Below are positions 47,902 through 58,233 of a DNA stretch of 62,099 nucleotides, in pieces. The notes below the pieces were generated by a model, which saw only the letters and a list, made by a program, of their open reading frames with translations, was not told the DNA's origin and did not search any database. Both the position numbers and the translations under genes were made by a program. The stretch comes from Bdellovibrionales bacterium (GTDB lineage: Bacteria; Bdellovibrionota; Bdellovibrionia; Bdellovibrionales; Bdellovibrionaceae). Within the stretch, counting starts at the first letter, position 1; each line of letters opens with the position of its first letter. The stretch is taken from positions 1-62,099 of the forward strand of contig JANMPT010000094.1 of the NCBI GenBank assembly GCA_031370005.1, in the 5' to 3' direction.

Positions 47902-48291
47902 TTATTGGCAGAAACCTGTACGACGAAGCTCTGACAAGTAGCTCAGAGCTGTGGCGATGTCGTCAGCACCAAAAACCATATCAGAGTCCATTTGAATTCG
48001 ATGCTTCATCCACATCCCACCCACAATTCCTTCACTTGCCAGACGACAATCCTGAACTCGGGGAGAACAAACTTGTGCATTCAAAAGATGTTGCCCTATA
48101 GCCAATGCTTCAGAAAAGGAATCAGCACCTGCTAATGTATCACCATTCATGTTTTGAATTCGAATTTTCTTCCAAGATTGTTGAACCGAACCTTCGGAGA
48201 CAAATCTACAAGCTTGTGATGCCGCCACAGATAAGGTAGACCACAGGTTGATACTAAGAATTGTAAGGATGATTACGATGAGTTGTTTCAT
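47902..48291 (-). CDS. Secreted protein made of two ~48 aa Cys-bracketed repeats
   Basis: GGAGG RBS, signal peptide; CRFVSEG..W.K.RIQ....GAD...C and CRLASEG..W.K.RIQ....GAD...C. Confidence 0.75.
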   Translation of the reverse strand: MKQLIVIILTILSINLWSTLSVAASQACRFVSEGSVQQSWKKIRIQNMNGDTLAGADSFSEALAIGQHLLNAQVCSPRVQDCRLASEGIVGGMWMKHRIQMDSDMVFGADDIATALSYLSELRRTGFCQ

Positions 48292-48462
48292 AATGCCTCC
48301 TAAGCTTGCCATCCCAAATCGTTGTCGTCTAGAGTTCTTAGGTCCAGTGATTGTCCAGTCACTGTCTGGTGACTTACTGACACTAGATCAAGCCCAACTT
48401 ACTAGCTGGGCTTGCCTAAACAGGAAATATGCAAATAAGCTGCCACGGAAAAAGGAGCCAAA

Positions 48463-49905
48463 ATGACCCAGTCCCATATTACCGCTAATTTTTTCAATGC
48501 CATCTCTGATTTTAAAAAACAAGTCGATTGGGTAGGTCTAAAATTTTACAGCGAGAAAACAACTCGTCATGTAATACGCAACGAAAATCCAGAGTCTCAT
48601 GCCACTCAACTAGATCAGGGTATTATGGTGGAAGTCATGTCCGGAGGGCATTTGGGTTATGCTGCTACCAGCGACCTTACTCCGGAAGGCCTCGCAAGGG
48701 CTTTTCAAAAAGCTAAAGCACTTACCAATCAGGCCTCTTACTTTAAAGCCACTGAGTTTTCCTATGAGCAGCGCCCAGCCTCCCGTGGAAATTTTCAAAG
48801 TCCATATCTTCACCGCCTTGATACTTTAGCCACAGAGGAAATTGTTAACGTCCTAATGAAGGCTTCACAGTCGTTGAAAGTTTCTGACAAAATTGTATCT
48901 CGCATCGCTGCAGCGATGCTCGTTGAAACTCAAATTCAATACATTTCTTCCAGTGGTGCTGAGTGGACTCAGAATTTTGACATGGTCGGCACTCATTACA
49001 CAGCTACCGCCCAGGACACTAAGAATATCCAAGTTCGCTCCACAGGAAATTCTCTGCAAATTGGCGCTGAAGCCTTCCGCGGTCTAAATGTCCTTGAGCT
49101 TTGCGAAATAACGGGAAGTGAGGCCATGGAGCTCCTAGAGGCCGAAAATTGCCCGACAGATACAATGGATCTTTTGCTAGCTCCAGATCAGATGCAGTTG
49201 CAAATTCATGAGTCCATCGGTCACCCTTTGGAGCTTGATCGTATACTTGGAGATGAAAGAAATTATGCCGGGTGGAGTTTTATTAAACCTGAGGATTTCG
49301 GAAAGCTTCAGTATGGTTCACAGCTTTTAAATGTGGTCTTTGATCCCACCGAAGCAGGGCAGCTTGCCTCTTATGCTTTTGATGATACCGGCAACCCCGC
49401 CACACGTGAATACCTAATCAAAGATGGAAAACTTCTTCGTGGTCTTGGCGGTCTCGAATCACAAAAACGTCTTGGCATTTTAGGAGTAGCAAACCAACGC
49501 GCTTCTAGTTGGAATCGTGCTCCGATTGATCGCATGGCAAATATCAATATCGAGCCCGGCGATGGGGAGCTTGATGAAATGATTGGTTCAGTGAAGCGTG
49601 GCCTGCTTATGAAAACCAATCGTTCGTGGTCAATTGATGACTATCGTAATAAATTTCAATTCGGCTGTGAATACGGGCAATTAATCGAAGACGGAAAGCT
49701 CACTCGCACAGTGAAAAATCCAAACTATCGGGGGAAAACCTTGCAGTTCTGGAATAGCTTAAAAGCTGTCGGCAACGCCAAGACTTATGAAAATCATGGC
49801 AGCCCTTACTGCGGCAAGGGCGAACCGAATCAAATTATTCGTGTTGCGCACTCGTCGCCATATTGCTTATTTTCGAATATTGAAGTTTTTGGAGGCCTGT
49901 CATGA
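48463..49905 (+). CDS. tldD: TldD metalloprotease subunit
   Basis: IHESIGHPLELDR, YAFDDTG, PIDRMAN, YCGKGEPNQ. Confidence 0.92.
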   Translation: MTQSHITANFFNAISDFKKQVDWVGLKFYSEKTTRHVIRNENPESHATQLDQGIMVEVMSGGHLGYAATSDLTPEGLARAFQKAKALTNQASYFKATEFSYEQRPASRGNFQSPYLHRLDTLATEEIVNVLMKASQSLKVSDKIVSRIAAAMLVETQIQYISSSGAEWTQNFDMVGTHYTATAQDTKNIQVRSTGNSLQIGAEAFRGLNVLELCEITGSEAMELLEAENCPTDTMDLLLAPDQMQLQIHESIGHPLELDRILGDERNYAGWSFIKPEDFGKLQYGSQLLNVVFDPTEAGQLASYAFDDTGNPATREYLIKDGKLLRGLGGLESQKRLGILGVANQRASSWNRAPIDRMANINIEPGDGELDEMIGSVKRGLLMKTNRSWSIDDYRNKFQFGCEYGQLIEDGKLTRTVKNPNYRGKTLQFWNSLKAVGNAKTYENHGSPYCGKGEPNQIIRVAHSSPYCLFSNIEVFGGLS

Positions 49906-51227
49906 GTCAACGTGAAGTCTTTAACCATATCGCTCACGCTCTGATCAAGGATCTTCAACAAGATGAGACGCTGACTGTGGATTTTCGCGGTGAGGAGACC
50001 GATTACGTACGTTGGAATCAAAGCAAGATTCGTCAGAATACTTCCGTCAGTCAAAAAAAAATTAGCCTGACCCTTCAAAAAGCCGGTCGCAGACTGCGAA
50101 AATCCTTTAGCGCCCAAGGCTTTAAAGAGTGGGACCTAATTGAAGCTCGCAAACTTTTACAAGAAGCGCGACAGGAGGCCCTGACTCTTCCCCTTGATCC
50201 TTATTTAGTGGAAATTGCAAATCACGGCACTAGCGAGGCTTATTTTCCAGGAAACTTAAATACGGGCGAGGATCTCATCACAGCCATTGCCCAGCCAAGC
50301 GCTGCCTACGATATGGCCGGCCTTTACGCTGGAGGCAGCATCGAGGTTGGAAATTGCAACTCCAAGGGGCAAAACCATTGGTTTGCAAATGAAAGTTTTT
50401 TTATGGATTACTCGCTCTACAACGGTGAGCGTGCCGTAAAATCTTGTTATGCAGGTTTTAAGTGGAGTCAAAAAGAATTTGCCACCAGCTTGAAGCAAGC
50501 AGGTGAGCAACTCGCAATGATGAAATCTCCGCTCAAAAAACTCAAACCCGGTAAATACAAAGTATACTTAGCTCCGGCGGCAGTGGCAGACCTCAGTGGC
50601 ATGTTCTCTTGGGGCGCCCTTAGCTACCGTGCCTACAAAACAGGAAGCTGCGCTCTAAAAAAGCTCCAAGAAGGCGAACGTGAATTTTCAACGAAATTTT
50701 CTGTAAAGGAAAATTTTAATTTGGGACTCACTCCCCGCTTCAATGACCTTGGGGAGTTGGCACCAGAAAACTTGATCCTCATCAAGAAAGGCCGACTCGA
50801 GCAGCTCTTGGTTAGCTCGCGCAGTGCCAAGGAGTATACAAGCCCTGGTAATGATGCCAACAGCGATGAGGCTCCTCGAGCTTTGGAAATCGCCCCTGGT
50901 CTTCTTGCAAAAGAGAACATCTTAAAAGAACTGGGGACAGGCTTGTTTGTCTCTAACCTGCACTATCTCAATTGGAGTGATCGGCAAAATGCTCGAGTCA
51001 CTGGGATGACTCGCTACGCGTGTTTGTGGGTTGAAAACGGAGAAATCATTGCTCCTATCGAAGATATGCGATTTGACGTCAGCCTTTTTGACATCCTGGG
51101 CGAAGGACTGCTGGAAGTGACCGAGTTCCAAGAAATAGACCCGAGTGTAGACACCTACTTCCAAAGAGCCCTTGGCGGCAAAAACACGCCTGGCCTGTTA
51201 ATCAAGGACTTTAATTTTACGCTCTAA
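49902..51227 (+). CDS. tldE: TldE/PmbA-like subunit
   Basis: ATGA overlap with tldD; LKPGKYKVYLAPAAV, TGMTR..LWVENGEI, MRF; lacks HExxH. Confidence 0.82.
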   Translation: MSQREVFNHIAHALIKDLQQDETLTVDFRGEETDYVRWNQSKIRQNTSVSQKKISLTLQKAGRRLRKSFSAQGFKEWDLIEARKLLQEARQEALTLPLDPYLVEIANHGTSEAYFPGNLNTGEDLITAIAQPSAAYDMAGLYAGGSIEVGNCNSKGQNHWFANESFFMDYSLYNGERAVKSCYAGFKWSQKEFATSLKQAGEQLAMMKSPLKKLKPGKYKVYLAPAAVADLSGMFSWGALSYRAYKTGSCALKKLQEGEREFSTKFSVKENFNLGLTPRFNDLGELAPENLILIKKGRLEQLLVSSRSAKEYTSPGNDANSDEAPRALEIAPGLLAKENILKELGTGLFVSNLHYLNWSDRQNARVTGMTRYACLWVENGEIIAPIEDMRFDVSLFDILGEGLLEVTEFQEIDPSVDTYFQRALGGKNTPGLLIKDFNFTL

Positions 51228-51338
51228 AGCATAAGAAATGACTCTTTCGTAAAATTATTGCATGGGGCTTTCAATTTCTTGCGGGCAGGGTTATAAATAA
51301 ACCAGTAATTAAAATTTTTCCTCAAGGAGAGTGAAAAT

Positions 51339-51695
51339 ATGGAAGGCAAAATCCAAAAACTAGTTAACGAACTTTCAAAGAACGAACGTGTGCAATCTGT
51401 GATTCATGATGTTCATGTGTTACAAGATAAATTGAATGCGGAAATGAATAAAACTCTTTCAAGCTTCAAAAAATCAGCGGGCGATATCGAAAAAAATATC
51501 ATGGCTTATAAAAAGCAATTGATGGATCAAAAGACAAGACTTCAAAAGGAGCTTCGCGCGAAAGCAAAGTCTTTGAAAATGAAGCCTCTAGCTAAAAAGG
51601 CCTCTAAAACAGCTAAAGCAAGCGTTAAAAAGTCAGCAACGGCTGCTAAAAAAACAAGAACTGCTCGAAAAACGACGACTAAGAAAAAAGCCTAG
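51339..51695 (+). CDS. Helical protein with Lys/Ala-rich histone H1-like tail
   Basis: AAGGAG RBS; amphipathic N-terminus; tail AKKASKTAKASVKKSATAAKKTRTARKTTTKKKA. Confidence 0.8.
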   Translation: MEGKIQKLVNELSKNERVQSVIHDVHVLQDKLNAEMNKTLSSFKKSAGDIEKNIMAYKKQLMDQKTRLQKELRAKAKSLKMKPLAKKASKTAKASVKKSATAAKKTRTARKTTTKKKA

Positions 51696-51734
51696 TTGCA
51701 AGATTATCTAAAGCAAAGATCCTCCCACCACGAT

Positions 51735-51754
51735 AGCCCGCACTCGGGCTTCTT
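51735..51754 (+). terminator. Possible intrinsic terminator
   Basis: AGCCCG-CACT-CGGGCT-TCTT. Confidence 0.45.
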
Positions 51755-51844
51755 GGTCTTGTATTAAAAATCATATTCAGGTACTACACGTTTTATGCTG
51801 TGTGTAGCTATTATAGCAATTCAATTGAAGTTAAAAGAGACTTT

Positions 51845-51874
51845 TTGACTGGCATTAAATCTAAAGGCTATGCT
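51845..51874 (+). promoter_or_regulatory. Sigma70 promoter of gcvP
   Basis: TTGACT-N18-TATGCT. Confidence 0.5.
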
Positions 51875-51906
51875 GGGTTTTTATCAAAATACTCCTAGGG
51901 TCTCTT

Positions 51907-54801
51907 ATGCAAACAAATCTTTTTTCGTTGAATTTTTCGAACAATACCTCTGACCAAGAATTCACGGGTCGTCACATCGGCCCCCGTGATGAGGACATTC
52001 AAGCAATGTTAAAAGAGCTCGGTTTTTCTTCCTTGGAAGAAATGGCTACACAAGTTATTCCACAAAAAATTCGTACGTCAAAAAATTATCCAATTGTCGG
52101 CAATGGAGTCTCCGAGTACGAGCTGCTGATCAAGCTGAAAAAAATTATTTCTAAAAACAAGGTCTATCGCTCGCTTCTCGGTATGGGTTTTCATGACACC
52201 ATCACGCCCTCAGTGATCCAAAGAAATATTTTTGAAAATCCAGTTTGGTATACCGCCTATACTCCTTATCAAGCCGAGATTGCACAAGGTCGCTTGGAAG
52301 CACTGCTTAATTTTCAAACGATGGTAATGGACCTTACTGGCATGGAAATTTCAAATAGCTCCTTGCTGGATGAGGGCACCGCTGCCGCTGAAGCTATGGC
52401 AATGGCCCACGCCTCCCATAAACACGATGATGTGAACGCATTTGTTGTATCGCCGAAAATGCATCCTCACGTGATTGAGGTTTTGAAAACACGTTCAGAG
52501 CCTTTGGGCTTCACAATGCTGGTTCAAGATCCCAAAACTTTTGATTTTAAAACTCCCGTCTTTGCAGCTTTTATACAATACCCTGACACCGAAGGCGCGA
52601 TTGAAGATTTCCAAGAAATGACCAAAAAATTTCACGAGAAGCACGCCTTGGTAGTGGCCTCGGTGGATTTATTGTCATTAACACTTCTGACCCCTCCCGG
52701 AGAATGGGGAGCTGACATCGTCGTAGGAAATTCACAGCGCCTTGGGGTTCCACTCGGTTTTGGCGGACCCCATGCAGCCTTTTTGGCAACAAAAGACGAT
52801 TATAAACGCATTATGCCTGGTCGTATTGTAGGGGTTTCGATAGATGTCCACGGCAAAGCGGCCCTACGTTTGGCTTTGCAAACTCGGGAACAACATATCC
52901 GTCGTGAAAAAGCGACGTCAAATATTTGCACAGCTCAAGTTCTTTTGGCAAATATGGCCAGCATGTACGCGGTTTACCATGGGCCTGAAGGTTTGAAAAA
53001 AATCGCTCAGCGCATAAACAGACTCGCTGCCCTTACTGCAGAAGGTCTTAAAAAATTGGGCTTCACAATGCCTGAAACGACTTTCTTCGATACCATCACA
53101 GTATCTACTACAAAGGTTGTGGATATCGTGAACGCGGCGGAAGCTCTGCAAATGAACTTGCGAGTGATAAACAGCAACACACTTTCCTTGTCTTTAAACG
53201 AAACCTGCAACCTGCAAACCGTGAATGACATCTTGCAAGCATTTAATTTGGGAACAAAAGCGCCATTTACTGCCAGTGACCTCGATGCAGGTTTATCATA
53301 CACATGGCCCACCCAATTTATCAGAACCAGCAAATACCTAACCCACCCTGTATTCAACACGTACCACTCTGAAGCCGAGATCACTCGTTACATTCACATG
53401 CTGCAAAATAAAGATATCACCCTGACTCACTCGATGATTCCCCTTGGATCTTGCACTATGAAATTAAATGCGACGTCAGAACTTGCTCCTGTTTCATGGC
53501 CGGAAATTAACAAAATACATCCATTTGCGCCATCAACGCAAACTCAGGGATACCTCGAGATGATTCATGACCTTGAAAATAAACTTTCTGATATCACTGG
53601 CTTTGCCGGCATCAGCTTACAGCCGAACTCCGGCGCTCAAGGTGAATATGCCGGTCTTCTTGTCATTCGCAAGTACTTCATCGACAAAGGTGAACACCAC
53701 AGAAACATCTGCCTAATTCCAAGTTCTGCCCACGGGACAAATCCAGCCTCAGCAGTGATGGCAGGAATGAAAGTAGTTGTCGTTAACTGCGACAGTCAAG
53801 GGAACGTAGAAGTCGCTGATCTCAAAGCCAAAGCCCAAGAGCACAAAAAAAATCTTGCAGCCTTGATGATAACTTACCCATCGACTCATGGTGTGTTTGA
53901 AGAAAGCATTAAAGAAATCTGCCAAATCATTCACGACAATGGTGGCCAAGTTTATATGGACGGAGCGAACATGAATGCACTTGTGGGGCTTTGTCGCCCC
54001 GCAGAGTTCGGCGCAGACGTTTCCCATATGAACCTGCATAAAACATTCGCCATACCACATGGCGGTGGTGGACCCGGCATTGGTCCTATTGGTGTTGGTG
54101 AACATTTGAAAAAGTACTTACCAACTCACGGTTTGAAGCCCGAAGCTGGGTCTAAAACAGCAGTCAGCGCAACGACTTCAGCTCCATGGGGAAGTGCAAG
54201 TATTCTTCCGATTTCTTGGGCCTATATCACGATGATGGGAGCCAACGGCCTAAAGAAGGCGACCCTTGTTGCAATCCTGAGCGCGAACTATATTGCTAAG
54301 AAGCTCTCCGCACATTATCCCGTCGTTTATAGAGGTAAAGAAGGCTTGGTGGCCCATGAGTGTATTCTTGATCTTCGTGACATCAAAAAAAGCAGCGGCA
54401 TTGACGTCAGTGATGTTGCAAAACGTTTGATGGACTATGGCTTCCACGCTCCAACAATGTCTTGGCCCGTGGTGGGAACACTTATGGTAGAGCCCACAGA
54501 GAGCGAACCAAAAGCCGAACTTGATCGCTTCATCGAAGCAATGCTTACAATTCGTCAAGAAATCAAAGCTATTGAAAACGGCCAAATGAATATTAAGGAC
54601 AATCCCTTAGTGAACTCTCCGCACACCGCAGAGAGCTTACTGAAAGCTGAGTGGACACATGCTTATTCGCGCGAACAAGCAGCTTATCCTGCCCCATGGC
54701 TGTATGAAAACAAGTTCTGGCCAACAGTTGGACGAATTGACAATGTCTATGGCGACAGAAACTTAATCTGCGCCTGCCCAACTATTGATTCGTACAAATA
54801 A
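51907..54801 (+). CDS. gcvP: Glycine dehydrogenase (decarboxylating), single-chain
   Basis: [41 protein letters not shown] (PLP Lys), PHGGGGPG. Confidence 0.98.
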   Translation: MQTNLFSLNFSNNTSDQEFTGRHIGPRDEDIQAMLKELGFSSLEEMATQVIPQKIRTSKNYPIVGNGVSEYELLIKLKKIISKNKVYRSLLGMGFHDTITPSVIQRNIFENPVWYTAYTPYQAEIAQGRLEALLNFQTMVMDLTGMEISNSSLLDEGTAAAEAMAMAHASHKHDDVNAFVVSPKMHPHVIEVLKTRSEPLGFTMLVQDPKTFDFKTPVFAAFIQYPDTEGAIEDFQEMTKKFHEKHALVVASVDLLSLTLLTPPGEWGADIVVGNSQRLGVPLGFGGPHAAFLATKDDYKRIMPGRIVGVSIDVHGKAALRLALQTREQHIRREKATSNICTAQVLLANMASMYAVYHGPEGLKKIAQRINRLAALTAEGLKKLGFTMPETTFFDTITVSTTKVVDIVNAAEALQMNLRVINSNTLSLSLNETCNLQTVNDILQAFNLGTKAPFTASDLDAGLSYTWPTQFIRTSKYLTHPVFNTYHSEAEITRYIHMLQNKDITLTHSMIPLGSCTMKLNATSELAPVSWPEINKIHPFAPSTQTQGYLEMIHDLENKLSDITGFAGISLQPNSGAQGEYAGLLVIRKYFIDKGEHHRNICLIPSSAHGTNPASAVMAGMKVVVVNCDSQGNVEVADLKAKAQEHKKNLAALMITYPSTHGVFEESIKEICQIIHDNGGQVYMDGANMNALVGLCRPAEFGADVSHMNLHKTFAIPHGGGGPGIGPIGVGEHLKKYLPTHGLKPEAGSKTAVSATTSAPWGSASILPISWAYITMMGANGLKKATLVAILSANYIAKKLSAHYPVVYRGKEGLVAHECILDLRDIKKSSGIDVSDVAKRLMDYGFHAPTMSWPVVGTLMVEPTESEPKAELDRFIEAMLTIRQEIKAIENGQMNIKDNPLVNSPHTAESLLKAEWTHAYSREQAAYPAPWLYENKFWPTVGRIDNVYGDRNLICACPTIDSYK

Positions 54802-54857
54802 TTTTTACATGGTTTTCTATATATACGCTTTCAAGCTGCACCTATTCACCAATGGAA

Positions 54858-54873
54858 CGGCATAGGTCTTGTA
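54858..54873 (+). promoter_or_regulatory. Possible variant sigma54 promoter
   Basis: CGGCATAGGTCTTGTA (GG-N10-GT instead of GC) upstream of the M23 gene. Confidence 0.3.
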
Positions 54874-54909
54874 TCGCATCAAAGCTCATCGGAACTGGGG
54901 TGCTTTGAT

Positions 54910-56565
54910 ATGAAAATAATGTCTATTGGATTGTCGGCCTTAATAATTGCTATTCTTCTCCCGCAGTCACTTTTTGCTGGCCCAATAGCCCCTTATATAT
55001 GGAGCGATTCCAAGGGTTTTCTTATTGCCGATACAAGCTGCCAAACTAAACAAATTGATCAAGTTCCATTTTTTGTATCGCAAAAACCGAACTCTCAACT
55101 CAATGCCTCTTCCAAGCTGAGCAGATTAAATTTTTTAAGTGCTATACTGCCAACAAACCTCGTGGATCGCTCCCTTATTACAGCCACAAATGCTCCTAAT
55201 CCCGCAGATGGATCACTCGTTCGGGTGATTAGTGTTCCCAAGAATGCAAATTATCTTAACAGCATGAATATATCCAAAGCAGGTGATACAGGATATCTCG
55301 CCAAAGAATCTCTCCAAGAAATTGATAATTTTATTATTGAAGTTATCGATCTGACTCCGAGCACATCTCAATTCAAAGCACCATTCCACGTTCAGAAAAG
55401 CTTTTGGCAAGCCAGCGTAAATAATGAAAAATTTGTCACTTTGGTTTGCGGGAATATAACAAAGCCAGTTTCCTATGTGCTTTTTGACATCTATGATTCC
55501 ACAAGTACTGATCCAATTGCTCAAGTCGGACTGAATCCCTATGAAACAAAAATTCTAAGCTCTATCTATGTTTATACTTCCGACGAGGCCAATCAAGTTA
55601 TTAGCACCGAGGTGCCAGCTGAGGAGCCCACTCAAAAGCCACTACCTAGCTCTGGCACAGGCAAAAATGTCAGACTAGCACCTTTAAAGCCCACTCCGCC
55701 CCCGCCGAATAGTCCGTCAAAAAACCCAAAGGACACTATCGATGTACCCATTTCAGAGGGAGATTTAGAATATGTTATCTGCAGCGAAGAGAAAACAAGC
55801 ATGGTATTTGGCAAAGACCTAAAAACACCTATCTTTACTGCAAAACAATTTGAATCCATTATTCCAAGTCAGTCTTGGGATGAAAAACAAAAAACAACTC
55901 ACTTGAATGTTCAATTCCCAAATCGCAAAATAACACCAAACACTGGTTGGGTTCCCCGCAGTTTGGTGCAGCTGAGATCTGAGTGTGCTCCGCTTAAGAA
56001 AGATTCATCTAGTGATGAAAATGCGATCGTGAATGACTCCTTAAAAACTCTTGACCCCAAGGTTTCACAAAAGGATTGCTGTAAATTTCCCACCAAACAA
56101 AGACCCTTTGAATCTTATACTGATGGGACCCAGCAGTTCAGAGCCAAGCGCAATAAAGGAAAACGCCGGCATGCGGGCTGCGATCTCTATCGCAAAAAAG
56201 GTGAGGCTGCAGTGGCCGTCGCTTCGGGTACAATCATTCGCAGATTGTATTATTTCTATCAAGGGGTTTTTGCTCTCGAGGTGAAGCATCCAAAGTTTAT
56301 CGCACGCTATGGAGAGCTGCTTGGTAATGCCGCCAAAGGAGTCTCCAAGGGTAAAAACGTCGTGGCGGGACAAGATATAGGCTATATTGGCAAAGTGAAT
56401 TCGGGCTGTTGCGCCCCCATGCTTCACTTTGAAATGTACAAAGGAACCAGCCATGGTGCTTTGACTCGCTACCGCCTACCACCTTATGATCGCCGTCCCG
56501 ATGTTATGAATCCAACTGATTTCTTAAGACTATGGGAAAAATCCCAGTTCGGAAAGTCATACTAG
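54910..56565 (+). CDS. Secreted M23-family peptidase with long N-terminal region
   Basis: Signal peptide, Pro-rich linker, SH3-like GWVPRSLV, HAGCD, ARYGE, GQDIGYIG, PMLHFEMY, MNPT. Confidence 0.85.
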   Translation: MKIMSIGLSALIIAILLPQSLFAGPIAPYIWSDSKGFLIADTSCQTKQIDQVPFFVSQKPNSQLNASSKLSRLNFLSAILPTNLVDRSLITATNAPNPADGSLVRVISVPKNANYLNSMNISKAGDTGYLAKESLQEIDNFIIEVIDLTPSTSQFKAPFHVQKSFWQASVNNEKFVTLVCGNITKPVSYVLFDIYDSTSTDPIAQVGLNPYETKILSSIYVYTSDEANQVISTEVPAEEPTQKPLPSSGTGKNVRLAPLKPTPPPPNSPSKNPKDTIDVPISEGDLEYVICSEEKTSMVFGKDLKTPIFTAKQFESIIPSQSWDEKQKTTHLNVQFPNRKITPNTGWVPRSLVQLRSECAPLKKDSSSDENAIVNDSLKTLDPKVSQKDCCKFPTKQRPFESYTDGTQQFRAKRNKGKRRHAGCDLYRKKGEAAVAVASGTIIRRLYYFYQGVFALEVKHPKFIARYGELLGNAAKGVSKGKNVVAGQDIGYIGKVNSGCCAPMLHFEMYKGTSHGALTRYRLPPYDRRPDVMNPTDFLRLWEKSQFGKSY

Positions 56566-57240
56566 ATGAAGTACGGCATTCTTTTAATGATTCTAATCGC
56601 AACCTTGTTGATGGGAAAAGTTTTTCTTTTCAACTCAAAGTCGGAGCCCCCAAGTTCACAACCCCAGAAAGTTCCGCCCGTTACCCACGAAGAATCCCCT
56701 TTAAGCCCACCAAGTAAGGCTTTAAACCCCGCAGAAGCCAAGGCAGCTTCAGTTTCTCTTAAGAAAATGACCATGATTCTCTTTGAATACACTGCGGACG
56801 AAAAAAAACTCGAAGATCTCATCAGAAATCTTAAAAGCTCGGGGCTAGAGCCCTTTCTTGTTCAGGATAAAAATGACTATACTGGCGAAATGATTATCGT
56901 ACGCACCAAAAAGCCTTTTCCTGGAACTCGCTATTTCCATGCACAGTATTTCACTGACGAAAATAAGCAGACTTTTGCTCAGCATATATCTTTTGAGTTC
57001 CAGCCAAGCCCAGAGGCCATGAACCAGGCAATTCAAGCCGTTCATGAAGCCTTCCGAAACCTTGACAAACCCACCAATGAGACCCGTGACTTTGTCCAAT
57101 GGAATCTTGACCACGGCTATGTTGTCTGGATCAAGCGCCTGGGTCCTGAAGATATTCAGGGAAACCCCTTTAATTCCTATTCTGACGACGATGTCGGCAG
57201 CATCCGCATTGCCGTGGAACTTGCCCCCGAAGGTCATTGA
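56566..57240 (+). CDS. Membrane-anchored periplasmic hypothetical protein coupled to the M23 gene
   Basis: TAG-ATG junction, N-terminal TM helix, Pro/Ser linker, RYFHAQYF core. Confidence 0.75.
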   Translation: MKYGILLMILIATLLMGKVFLFNSKSEPPSSQPQKVPPVTHEESPLSPPSKALNPAEAKAASVSLKKMTMILFEYTADEKKLEDLIRNLKSSGLEPFLVQDKNDYTGEMIIVRTKKPFPGTRYFHAQYFTDENKQTFAQHISFEFQPSPEAMNQAIQAVHEAFRNLDKPTNETRDFVQWNLDHGYVVWIKRLGPEDIQGNPFNSYSDDDVGSIRIAVELAPEGH

Positions 57241-57273
57241 TACCCAAATCAAGATCAGGTACTTTATAACTTA

Positions 57274-58233
57274 ATGAAAAAAGCTGTTTTTATACGACTC
57301 GACAAAATTGGTGACTTGATCTGCACACTACCAATAGACCAATCTCCTGAATTGAGTGATTGGGAGATCATCTGGGTGATTTCCAAGGGGCTTTCGTTTA
57401 TTCCTAAGCACGCTGATCCAAAACGTCGATATATTGAGCTCGATAAAAACAATCCTACAGAAGCAAGACAAAAACTTAATACGCTTTTAAAAGAATTCAA
57501 ACCGGATGTTGCGATCAGTATTCAGGCTCCATGGTGGGTGAGCTATCTTTTATGGAAAAATAAAATTGCAAAGCGCATTGGCGTTTTGTCAAAGTGGGAT
57601 AGTTTTTTATTTTTAAATGCAGGCCTTCGCCAAAAACGCAGCAAAGGGGCGAAGCATGAAGCTGATTATAACTTCGATCTGGTCAGACAAATTTTCCCTG
57701 GCCAAACTCTCTCTACTAAAACTCCGATTTTAAAACTCAAAGCCAAGCCTCAACCCGCGTGCTTGGAACATTATATGCTTGAACCTAAAAAATATGTGGT
57801 TGTCCATCCTGGCATGGCTGGCTCATCCCTCAACTGGCCGATCCCCCATTATATTGCACTCATTGAAAAACTTGCGGCACATTATAAAGTGATTTTGACC
57901 GGTACAACGGCAGATGAGCTTTGGCTAACGGAGATCAAAGAGCATTTTAAAAATAATCCAAAAGTCGTTTGCTTGCAAAATAAACTCAATACTGAGCAGT
58001 TGCTTTATGTTTTAGAGCAAGCCAACGCAGTTTTTGCTCCGAGCACGGGCGTGATTCATATAGCGGCAAGTCTTGGCGTCCAAGTCTTTGGTTTTTATTC
58101 TCCGATTTTAGTTCAATCTGAAAAACGTTGGGGAGCCCGTGGCTCTGGTGACATTCACTTATTCACCCCCCCCGCTGAAAGCCCCTCTATGAGCAGCATC
58201 ACCCCTGAGCAAGTTCTTAAAGAGCTCCGCTAA
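57274..58233 (+). CDS. Glycosyltransferase family 9 (heptosyltransferase-like)
   Basis: RLDKIGDLICTLP, KHEADYN, VVHPGMAGS..NWP, STGVIHIAASLG. Confidence 0.92.
   Translation: MKKAVFIRLDKIGDLICTLPIDQSPELSDWEIIWVISKGLSFIPKHADPKRRYIELDKNNPTEARQKLNTLLKEFKPDVAISIQAPWWVSYLLWKNKIAKRIGVLSKWDSFLFLNAGLRQKRSKGAKHEADYNFDLVRQIFPGQTLSTKTPILKLKAKPQPACLEHYMLEPKKYVVVHPGMAGSSLNWPIPHYIALIEKLAAHYKVILTGTTADELWLTEIKEHFKNNPKVVCLQNKLNTEQLLYVLEQANAVFAPSTGVIHIAASLGVQVFGFYSPILVQSEKRWGARGSGDIHLFTPPAESPSMSSITPEQVLKELR

Noticed and set aside
34028..48412. Similar GCCCA...TGGGC hairpins near 34028 and 48390 as a REP family
   Set aside because: Only two short, dissimilar copies; consistent with chance or simple terminators.
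48463..51227. TldD/E as part of a RiPP cluster with the neighbouring small Cys protein
   Set aside because: No YcaO or other maturase nearby, and the small protein has a Sec signal peptide.
51696..51906. Glycine riboswitch upstream of gcvP (or gcvT)
   Set aside because: No GGAGA/CCGAAG/CUCUCAGG aptamer core, and the predicted leader is too short.
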